Assembly (NCBI GenBank): GCA_002269645.1
Contig: NIVC01000217.1
Location: 496,001-560,000, forward strand
Origin: Macrostomum lignano
Taxonomy: Eukaryota
Direction of reading: 5' to 3'
Length of the DNA: 64,000 bases
Position 1 is the first letter of the stretch. Every line of letters begins with the position of its first letter. The notes beneath the pieces are model-generated. The model did not search any database, had not been told where the DNA came from, and was given only the letters and a program-made list of their open reading frames with translations. The translations under genes and the position numbers were made by a program. Of this stretch, positions 37,292 through 47,945 are shown in pieces.

Positions 37292-40200
37292 CTCTTCTTG
37301 AAAGTAGTTCTGCCGATGATTTCAAATTTGAAGATGAACTATGTAAGTTTTACAACCAAGTTTTGCTAAAATTTTTCCTTGCAAACGAACTAAAATACGC
37401 GATGTACAGATTTTACACTGTTGAGACTGGTAGTTTCAAGTAGAATCCTGTAGCTATTTCTGCTTTGCTCAGAGCGGCGACCCTTACTACTAGAGTTATA
37501 GAACTTAACTAAGCTACAATAGCAATGAAAACCCGCTGATCCCTTGTTGAATAACCAACTATGAAAAACCCTCTGCCAAATAATGATATTTAAGGTTCCC
37601 GAAGATTGGCTCTGTTCTTCGACGCTGGCAGTGAGTCAGTGACAGATGAGTACGCCGACTTTCTAAAAGAGTGCAGTTTTAACGTAAAGAGGAGCCTGGA
37701 ACAGCAGTATGAAAGCAAACTGGGCTCGTGTCTATCCGACTTCGTGAACAATTCCGAGGTCCAGCAGCTAATTGTAGTCGTGATAGCTGGCAATGCTTTC
37801 ATGAAGGACGTCCTAGATTTCATGACAATGGGTACATTTCCCAACTGCCAAAACAGATGTTTATTATTTTGTCGCGCTGGTGAAGAAAGCCCGGATGACA
37901 CGAAACTTGCAAACGAATTTTCGAATGCGAATTTTAAATACAAGTGTACAACTATCGCTTACGTCGTGGCTAAGGAAACTAAAAGCGTACAGGGCTTCTA
38001 TAGAAGCTTTCTGGATGACTGCAGGTGCAGTTGGGAGACTAAAAGTATATTTTCTATCCTGGAGACGGCATTGAAGCTACCACTCGCTTACGAGTCCCTT
38101 TCTCTGTATCATAGAGAAGGAAAGCTCGGTGGAGATTTCCTGCGCGACATTTTCAAATTTATCAGGGAACCCAAGAGCAACCTTGATGAAGTTGATGCCT
38201 TACCAGCAGCATCAGAGCAGGCTGCTCAAGACAAACCGACTGATTGGATGCGCGAGAATGCCTCAATAATCTATCCGAATCGGCGCAATCCGAAAAAGCC
38301 TCGAGCGTTGGTCATCATCAACTATGACCGAGGAGACTCTCTATACTCTGCTCTGCAAGTTGACCGCAGCAGAGTTATGCGTATGCTAAAAAATCTTGGC
38401 TACATTGTAACGGACGTGCAAACCCGCTCCAATGACGCCTTGAAAAGAAGGATCGAGCTTTTTTCAGAAGATACTGAACACGGTGACTCCTGCATCCTTG
38501 TCGTGCTGTCCCAGACGCAGCAGCAGCTGAGCAGCTCTACTGTCATGAATTTGTACAAAAGCTTGGCTATTGGCGAAAAGCTCGAGGCCAAGCCCCGACT
38601 CTTTATTCTGCACGAGTGGGATGTCACAACACTGCAGACAGACTCTGTTACTGATGGTTTCAGCAGCAATACTTATGAGATCATTGAAGATGCTGTGGAC
38701 GGTTTGCAGGCCTATTTTCGCAAGCATGATTCAACCATCAAGGTTCATCCACACAGCGGCATGGTGTTCGGTCGATCAGTTAGTAGCGATGTGACAAGAG
38801 CAGAGGGCAGCGCTTTTATTCAGACACTGTGCGAAACTTTCAGACAGTATGGGCACACAGAGGACGTGGCCTCTATGATTACCATAATTAATGAGCACAA
38901 ACGACTAGATGAATCTGTGCCCAAGTGGTTTATTCAGACTGGCAAGCTCTTTTATATCATGGGAACAGACGGAATCCAGGGTAAGAGCACTTTTTTTAGC
39001 TCAATGCATGTATACTTTTCAATTCGAACTTTGCCAAAAGTGACTTCAACTTCGGCAACACGATAAATTATGACTGTCACTGTTACTGTCAAAGTGACTT
39101 AAAATTCTTTGTGATCAATATCATTGTAGTTCTGTAGCTCAGACTGCTTGTGCCACCGCCAACATTTTTTGGTGTTAGGGCGCGACACTGGTGGTGTAAA
39201 TTTTGACCTAACGGTTCCTTCTAGTTGCCTTTAAACAATACAATCTTGAATGACAAATCTGTGATTGACTGCTTTGGCCGTGTTTACATTTATGTCGAGG
39301 TACTTCACTAGTCGTCTTCAGTCTCTCCTTGTTGTTGTCAAAATTGTTCACTTTTGCCAAAGTCGAAATTGAAAAGTTACAACTATGCAGAAATCATTAT
39401 TGCATAATCATTTGCACTATTTTGCTTTTAGCTACCGGTCAGGAGGTTTCGCAACAAAGTCTACAGAAGAAATCTAAAGAACCTAAACAAAGTCTAGAGA
39501 AGAAATCTAAAGAACCTAAAAGCGCCAGAATTGGTAAGTGGCATATTAAATTATCGAGAAACACCTCTTACGACGTAGAGATCCGATTCATGCGTTATAG
39601 CCATATAAAGCTATGTGCAACATCTTTGCAAGACTACTCACTTCTAATTATACTGGTATCTGTTCCGTTTTTTTCTGCGATGTCCAAACATTTTTATCCT
39701 ATGAAGAATTATTTCATCTAAAAACCTTCTGATAAGTACATGTATTTCAGAAAGATACGCTTGAGTTATAAACATTATTAGATTCATGTATTAAAGAACA
39801 ACTTTGCTTGCATGAGTCAATAAAACTCGATAATCTCAGCAAAGCTCAGCCGTACTTGCACTTTTTAATTTCAGATCGAACAGGGTTTGTGATGATTCTC
39901 ACCGAAGGACAGTTTGATGGGGCCAGAAACTATCAGATGTTTCTGGAGTATGCAGCCTTCAAAGTGCTCTTCGATTACACGGATGGCAATTCGAGCTCAA
40001 TCAAGACAGCCATCAGGCTTCCAAAAGAAACTGAAGGAAATGTTGTCCTTTATCTAATTGTACGCACGCATCGCAACGACAACGTCTTGCAAGAAATATT
40101 CGATGAACTTTCTAAACAGCAATCGTCTCAAAAGTGCAGCAGTAGCATTTTGCTTATTCTTTGCGAAGTGTCCGAGTCTGAAGAGAATTTCGCGAACACT

Positions 40201-41337
40201 CAGATGCCAGAGGAGCTACCCGAGAAGTTCAGCGTTGTCAGAGTTTGCAGGAATCGGTGCGGCGTGATTGAATTTCTGGACTCCCTGCTGGAATCTCCCA
40301 GGAAGAACATCTCTCTCAATGGCAGCTTTGTGGTTGGTAGAGATTTTTCCTGCCATTCCTGCCATCACGGCATAATGCACTGCAAAGTCAATGATGAAAA
40401 CCCAGGCTGGAGGAAGAGAATCACTTGGCTTGAAAACTTTTATATAGAAGAGAGTTCATCGCACCCAAATCTGACTTCAATTGACGTTAGTGACGACACG
40501 CAGACGAGACCAGCAATAAGAGGTTCTCTCCGATTAGAGACTTTCAGAAGCGAATGGAATGCACCTGGATTAGACACTCAAGAGTGCAAGGCTGTAGCCC
40601 TCATCGTTCACAACGTTGTCTTTCAGAAAAAGGAACTATCTACTCGGTTCGGAAGTCAGTACGACTGCCAGCGAATGGCTGACACTTTGCTCAGGCTTGG
40701 CTACTCAGTGAGCATCAGGTCGAATCTCACCAAAGTAGAAATCGAAAGCGAATTAGACATGTTTTGCAGTGACGCACGACACGGCAGCTCAGTCGTAGTT
40801 GCTTTTATGTCTCACGGATGTCTCGGTGAAGTAGTTGGTTTCGACGGCGAATCAGCAAAGGAAAGTAAAATTCTAAAGAGAATTTCCAAAGGAAAACGCA
40901 CAAGTAGAAAGCAGCAATTGGTTATCTTTGAGAACTGTCGAGACCCTGGTCGATGGCCTAAATCAGAGCTGGCGTTCTTTCCTGACATGATCGTCGCTCA
41001 CTCGACTTCGCCGGATGAAAGCAGCTACCGAATGACAGACAGAGGCAGTCGGTTCATCCAGTGTCTGTGCACTGTTCTCGACCTGTTCGCCGACAAGTGC
41101 GACATTGCATCAATGGTTCCTATCGTTAATTATGTGGTGCAAAACGCCACTTTTAATCTGGGCATCAGCCAGCTGCCCTGGTGGTCTGTGCAGACAAGCA
41201 AGAAATTTTGGATTCGAGTCAATGAGCCTCCTCAAAGCAGTCGTGAATCGCGCCAACAAGCCAATTCAGCTAGGAACCAAACAACGAATGACTGCAGGGT
41301 TCAGGTGACGGAACTTCTTCAAAAAATGCGGTTGTAA
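37292..41337 (+). CDS. Multi-caspase-fold protein (peptidase C14 family), exons 37292-37342, 37595-38980, 39432-39533, 39875-41337; start exon upstream not found
   Basis: Three GT-AG introns, all phase 1 (t|gtaagt..taag|gt; g|gtaag..ttttag|ct; g|gtaagt..tttcag|at), give an open frame of about 1000 codons. Caspase motifs occur in both large exons. Confidence 0.72.
37595..38980 (+). CDS. Exon encoding a degenerate caspase fold plus a catalytically dead caspase domain
   Basis: PRALVIINY...LKNLGY.V...CILVVLSQ (His absent)...KPRLFILHEWD (QACRG replaced)...GSAFIQTLCE. Confidence 0.85.
39875..41337 (+). CDS. Exon encoding a degenerate caspase fold plus a putatively active caspase domain
   Basis: VALIVHN, STRFGSQYD, VAFMSHG (His codon 40813-15), IFENCRD (Cys codon 40936-38), MIVAHSTSP and SYR...GSRFIQCLC. 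Confidence 0.9.
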
Positions 41338-41641
41338 TAATCTACGCAGAGGCAGTTTATCAATTTGACTATTGTGGTGACTGAATAGGTTTAATTGCTT
41401 ATATTGTAGCTACCAGTGGCTATATTTTAATCCTTACATTTTTTCTTAGCGGTTCAAAATCTGATGAATTTCTGTGAGAGCGGTATATATGATTTTAACA
41501 TTCAAACCATAAAAAATTTACTATTGACAACTGTTGGGACAATTATAGATAACGCCTGTTTATAGGCGTTTGTAAATTTGTTTTACTTTGAAGACTTTTT
41601 ACACAAATATTAAATTAATAAACTGCTAGTTAGCTTCTTGG

Positions 41642-41976
41642 TTAGAGGCAGGGGGCTGTTTACCCTGGTGCACTTTAAGCGACATTGTCACACAATCAGC
41701 GAGAGGCATTACTGCCCATTCCGCCGGCTCCCCTAAGCAGGCACACAAGCAAGCGCGCGGATATGTATACAGTCATTCGTAAAGGCACACACGCACACAG
41801 GGGTGTACAGTGGCTTTAACAATTTTTATCGCTAGGCATGTACACTTTACTGTGTCTTGAGGTTGGCCCTTAAGGCCGTTACTTGCATGAGCAGAGCCAA
41901 GCTGACTGCACTTGGAATCGAGTATGGGCCGCTGGCACATCAGAACGCCGCGTTAGACCACAAGGCTACGGCCCCC
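41642..41976 (-). mobile_element. tRNA-derived SINE family A, full-length copy
   Basis: Reverse strand ggggccgtagccttgtggtctaacgcgg...ctcgattccaagtgcagtca head; body matches 48606-48962. Confidence 0.8.
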
Positions 41977-43093
41977 GTAATAAATTACTACGTAGTATAA
42001 TAACATAATTATTACAAAAGGAGCGTGTTTTCATTAGTGCCTCGATGGAACAAATTTAGTTTTTATTGTTTAATGAAAGACGATATACAGTGACTGTTCT
42101 AAACAGTTTAAGCCAGTCTAAGTTAAAAACAGCAGCAGAATTGCTCTCGCTATAACTAACCGTTGCCGAATTTTTGATTGAGAAAAACGTTATCCTAGTG
42201 TATGTTTTCATTATTAAAACTCATTATAAATGAATACAAAGTTTTCCTGATTTTTAATGTTTTATTGAAAGAAGTTAAAGAAATACTTCTAACATTGGAG
42301 TACGAGTAAATGTTATAGTTGTATTTAATGTAATCGATCTTTTGAATTTGAATGTATCAAAATCGCAAACTGCGACTGGCCCTCGATTGTAGTGCATCAC
42401 TGAATTATATTTTTCTCTTACTCTGATTCATTTATTTATAGTAAACATAAAACTAACAGGCTCGTAAATTGCTGATTCCTAATTCAATTGTTTATTTAAA
42501 TATGAACGATTATCTAATCAAGTACAACAACTCAATTCAAATAAATCAAAGGAAACTAAGAGTTTTCCGCTTGTCACCGAATGTCTGCTTTTTTATTTTG
42601 ACCAACGTTTAGTATAACTTAGCTAGTTAATATATAGGTGTATCTACAAGTGTATAGGAGTACGAGTGCATATAGTAGTATAGAAGTATATATACACAGT
42701 TACTAGCTTAGCTAGCTTAGAATTAGTTTTACATTACAAAATAGCTTTATTGTATATATTAACTTTCCATCCAAAAATCCAAATTTCCCCTTTTCAGATT
42801 AATTACACAAAAAATTCTTATATAACCAAACCTTATCTGGTATTCGAAGAAACGATCGAACTCAGTATCGATGGCTGATTTTCCTGACACATTTGAGACC
42901 GAAAGCCCAGCAACTAGTAAGTGCGAACCTACAATAAAAATATTAGCAAATAAATTCGAACAAACATAGGCTGATTGATTCCTCTGAGTAATTATTCCCA
43001 CATTTAAATTTTCAGTATTGCACGAACTTTCAACAGTTTCAGGTCTGTTAGATGTTTAAAACAAAATTTATTACTAATTTAAAATCATTCTCC

Positions 43094-44680
43094 ATTAAAC
43101 CCCAAAAGACTAACGCAGAGAAAAAGCAAGTGGCACAAAAGACCGGCAGACGCGGCCCAGAAAGGGAAAACGAACCCCTTAAGCGACGAAATATATTGAT
43201 TTTGTAATTTAAAAGAGAAAAAAATATTTTGCCAAAATTACGCCGACTCAGCGGCCGCGACGCGTGACTAAATAGCACAGAGCGGGGGGAGGCTGCCCTA
43301 AGCCCTGCACGCACGCAGAGCACCAGCACCCCACCAACCCACCAAAGCGAGGCCGGGCCGGCGCGGGGGGGGTTTAAAACCAGTTAGAGTCAGATACCTG
43401 CCTCAAACTGACGTATTAAACCCCAAAAGACTAACGCAGAGTAAAAGCAAGTGGCACAAAAGACCGGCAGACGCGGCCCAGAAAGGGAAAACGAACCCCA
43501 ACACCAACAGAAAGAGGGAGGAAGGAGACAAGCGTGTAAAATCAAATCAACGAGCCGCAGAAAAAATTAAACCAAGCTAAAAAAGCCAGGTCCAAGCAAT
43601 AGCTCTAAGACTCGTACCTGAGCTCGGGATCTGCTTCAGCCGTCGCAACTCGCTCCGCTCGAGAACCGCGCCAGAGACCGGGGCTCAGCGCGAGCGACGC
43701 CTGCTCAAGCAACCGGGCCGCCGTTGACTCATTGAGGCAGGCCCTGCGCAGATCTTCCGGCTGCGCCTTGGCCCGGCCGAAGTAGCGCAGCAGAAACAGC
43801 AGCATGTGGCGGGGATGCGTCAGGCAGCGCGACAGTGGGTCGCTCAGCAGCTGCCAGGACCCCGGCATATGGTGAGCTCGAAACTGAAAGTCGTGCCTCA
43901 GCGCTGCCAGAGTGGCCGTTTTGAGCAGGGTCATGACGATCGGGTTGCTGGAGGCACCGCGGTTGATGGTGCCGACCGCCGCGCTGCTGTCGACGTAGCA
44001 GGCCACCTTGCCGCCGGCCAGCTGCTCCTGGAACAGAATGATGGCGAGCAGCGGCAGTACCGTCTCCTTGGCGTTGATGTGCTCGCTCATGAAGATCCAC
44101 CGGCGTCACTGCAGAAGTCGACGAGGCGGAACTCGCGCTGGCCATCAGAGGTGCTCAGGATCATGCCACCGGAACTGACGCAGGCGTCCGTCTCGACCGC
44201 TGCCAGCACTCGTGCACGCCGCCACAGCTTGTCGGTCGGGAACACTGGGATTGCATGCTGCCAGAACTGCAACTGGGCCAGTAGCTCGCCGCGCACCGGT
44301 ACTCGATGATGCTGCTCAGGAATAGCGATGGTTATCTCCAGGAGCGCGCGAAGCAGGGCCTTTGCAGGTTTGGCCACTTTGCAGAACCAGTTCAGTTTGC
44401 CGACTAGGTGCTGAAGGCGACGTTTTTGCAGGCTCTTCGAGTTGGCGCAGTCCTGGAGAAGTTCTCGAAGGCCGTCCATCTTCTCGGCGGGCAGTGACAG
44501 CAGGCCAGTCAATGTGTCGATCTGCACACCCAGGAAAGTGACCGAAGTGGCTGGGCTCTGCGTCTTGGCCCAGTTGATCTCAAAGCCGAGGCGCTGCAGG
44601 GTGACCAGCAGAAAATTGTGCAGCTGCAGGCAGACCTCGTAGTCCCGGGCAGCTATGCAGAAATCGTCGAGTTGCTAGAT
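43094..44680 (-). mobile_element. DIRS/Ngaro-type (YR) retrotransposon remnant: RT C-terminal part + RNase H + terminal direct repeats
   Basis: LDDFCI...LGFEINWAKT...FLGVQID...LVGKLNW (DIRS RT); TDAC...HINAKE...YVDSSAAVGTINRG...HMPG..QLLSDPLSR (DIRS RNase H); 85-bp direct repeat at 43094-43178 and 43415-43499. Confidence 0.85.
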
Positions 44681-44878
44681 TTTATTTGGTGTTGGGCTAC
44701 AGAAGCAAAACAGGACAAGTGCCAACGGCAGTGCAACATCATCAATAATGCAATTGTCACTGGGCTAAAATTTATTACTCGCAGAGATTTATGTTGCCCA
44801 GTACCTCATTAATTATCCAGTGGAACTTGATGATCCTGGCATTGAAATGGAGATAGATTAATCCTACTTCTTTCACCG

Positions 44879-45188
44879 TAATAATAATAATCATGATAAC
44901 TGACTAAACGTGCCCTAATTGGGGCAAATTTGCAACCGACAGCTCATCCGCATCTACGAGCGTACATGTATTGCGCGGCGCATCTGAAGTCTGCTTACGG
45001 CTGTTTAGTCCAAAGACAGGTGGGGGGGTCGCCACGCACACCCTCAATTAACCCAGCTAATGCTGCACGGTACCCATTTGCAGAGGTAAGTGTCTTGCTC
45101 AGAGACACAAGTTGTTCCGAGTGGATCGAGAATCGAACCCCGACCTTTAAGTCGCGAGTCAGACGCTCTATCCGACGCTACAACCCCC
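44879..45188 (-). mobile_element. tRNA-derived SINE family B with V-domain-like core and (ATT)n tail
   Basis: Head ggggttgtagcgtcggatagagcg...ggttcgattc; core tgtctctgagcaagacactta...aatgggtacc; tail attattattatt. Confidence 0.75.
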
Positions 45189-46987
45189 TTCATCGCCGAA
45201 AGTATCATAAAAGTGCAGACTAGCCTGGCCAGTGGGTATAGCATGCTTGAGCATGGTGCCAGGAAGTGCGTCTTGATTCCTGTTGTCGACCGCAAAGCTG
45301 CAACGGTTCATTACAACGTTCTCTCTGGAGCACGTTGTCACTGATGGATGGTAAGCATACGCGCAGCTTTCAGAATCGTGACGTTGTCAACCATCAGCTT
45401 GCCTTCGTCAATCTTCAGGACTGTGCATAAAAACCTCATCGAAGGGCTAAGGACGCACTGTAAGGCTAGGTTCCAAGCTATGCATTGTACAAGTCAGGTT
45501 TTTTTAGTCCGATTTCGAACAATTCACGTGGCGGAAGATGCAACTACAGAATGCTTTTGGTAATGTGCTCTTCGATCTAGATCGCCCACTAGTACCTCCT
45601 TCTAAACTGACCTGGGCTGAAGTGCATGAGTCAAGGAGAGGCACTTTAGGCCACCATTCTTGATGATATGCTCGTTTAACTTGATTTTGGCCGTAATGCT
45701 CACTCTGCAGCCTTCCAGCCTTTGTAGTGTGATCAGTACCTCGGCGAAGGCAGCTACCGTATTCAAAAACCAATCGACGTAGCACCAATCCCTGCTTCCA
45801 CTTGGTCCTCGGAAATTTGCAAACATTTTCTAGTTTTTCTACTTTTAGTAGGCATAAAAGTTATGAACATGAGAGATGAGAAGAGATGAAAAGCGACAAT
45901 TTACTTCACTTGTAGGAACAAACTATCTTTGCTGTGCAATTTAACTGTAACAACTTCAGAACGCTGTCTTTATCAATGTTGATTCAATTCAGTGTTAGAA
46001 GTTAGCCGAATTTTGAGGATGAATATTGCATGGATAGCTTGTTTTTCGTATGCATCTTTTATCAATTGAATTTAGCTGTCGAAATTAGTCAGTCTATCAG
46101 CTTCCAAAAAGATATGCATTTGCATCTCCATTACGCTCGTAATCTGAAAACTGACGTCTCGAGTAAAAAGTGAGAGCGATGCAGTGCCCAGCTCTCAGGA
46201 ATACATTAAGACCGCAATTGTCAAAAATATAGAAATTTTCCTTCACCAATTTTGTGCTGTCTGAATTGAATATCAGATGCATCGAAAGCCATGGCCACGA
46301 AGTCTGATGGATGAGGTTTTTATTGCTGTCAAAATTTATAAACTTGAGAGCTACTGGCTGAAATCGTGTGCAAATTCATTTCCTTCGTAAAAACCGTTTC
46401 ATACAGCTTGAGCTAAATGCTCCATTATCCTCTAATTGAAGCAAGACCTCCCTTTGACGACACATCGCTATTCCCTTCGAGACAAAAAAGTGAACTCTTG
46501 TTTGACAGTTCAAAGGACAGTCAATGCGCGCGACAATCTTTCTTCTACCACTTTTTTACCATAATCAGGAGCAACTAAAACACTAGTCCCGAATGTTTTA
46601 GTTGTTCCTGACCATAATGAATTGTTTTTGCACAAATTGATACGTACGAGAGTACTAGACTAGTCAGATGAACTAGCAGCTAGACTGGCTTACATGCTCA
46701 CATACTACAACGATTTCTCGCTAAGAAAATATTGAAACTGCATGGTTTTGGACAGAAAGGAAGACATGACCATCATTGAGTCAGGAAAAACTTTCAGATA
46801 TGGTTTGTCTTTCATTCTGCCCAATGAAAAAGCAATAGCAACAAAATACGCTGTCAGGTCAAGGTCAGGTCTGTACAGGCAGCGTCACAGGGTGCGTCTC
46901 TGAGCTCGAGGGCCAACGAAGGCCGAATCCCGGGCAGGAGGTTGACAAAACGACGAGTTACCAATCAAGCTTGATTTTTTCTTTCAG

Positions 46988-47215
46988 CCAAAGATTCAGA
47001 CAGATTACCCAAGTCCAGCCCAATGGTGACTTCCGACTCTACTTCTGTCTGGCCGGCCGCTGCCCAGTCTGACTGCCTGCTCCGTTGAAGTGCCAGCGCC
47101 GACTGCCAGGCCGCCGTTTTCTCCAATCGGCTGCCTTGCCTGCCACCTGCTGGCGTTCGCCTACCCGCCAGCGAGCCTGACCGAACCTGGCTGGACTCCC
47201 TTCACGTGTGTTAGC
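46988..47215 (+). pseudogene. Inverted orphan PAN/Apple-like exon, disrupted
   Basis: Acceptor ttctttcag at 46979-87; gtgacttccgactctacttctgtctggccggccgctgcccagtctgac matches exon 2 of copies 2 and 3; in-frame TGA and indels. Confidence 0.82.
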
Positions 47216-47945
47216 TTGTCTTTTATTTATATTACAAAAATTTATGTTTAAATTTTTGTGGTTGTGAGCCTGTCCTCCGGAGCGACGCCTGCAGCCTAAC
47301 CAGTTGGGAAGCTGCGATCCTAGGTTCGAACTTAGGTTCTAAGTAGGATCTCCCGTCCCGCGCCCTAGGAGAAGCAGGAAAAGAACAGTAACTCACGAGC
47401 TCACGAAAAGCCGATGCAGTTCGCCGTGCACTTGCTATGGTAGACAAGTAAGTTTTTTTAAAGTCGCCAACGATAGAACCAAAAAGAAGCAAGGCGGCGG
47501 CTGCCCACTAGACAGCAACTTCAATATATATTTGCCATTTGACCCGCGAGTACATGAATATTAAATACTTAAAGAACAAATGTACGCTATGGGAGGGAAG
47601 AGTTGGAGCGGGGCACGGGGGCAAAAAAAGGGCACAATTCCACAACAATATTTTCACCCACTTCCAGCCTTACCAAAGCTTGCAAAGTAAGCGCAAATTT
47701 TACACAAGCCTAAAAACAGTTTATAAAGAGTAGGAATTTCATCTTTTTTAAAATTAGAAATTTTTTGAAGAGATTTGTTGTCTAGTTGAAGATAGAGTTT
47801 CCCGATCAATTATAAAAATCTTGGAGTTTTACTTGACCATACTTTTTGGGTACTGACTAGTCGCTTTTGTTCTCGGAAATTTGCAAGCATCGATACTGGT
47901 ATGCAGTTTTATAGGATCTGGACATCTGTGTAACGTAGTACACTT

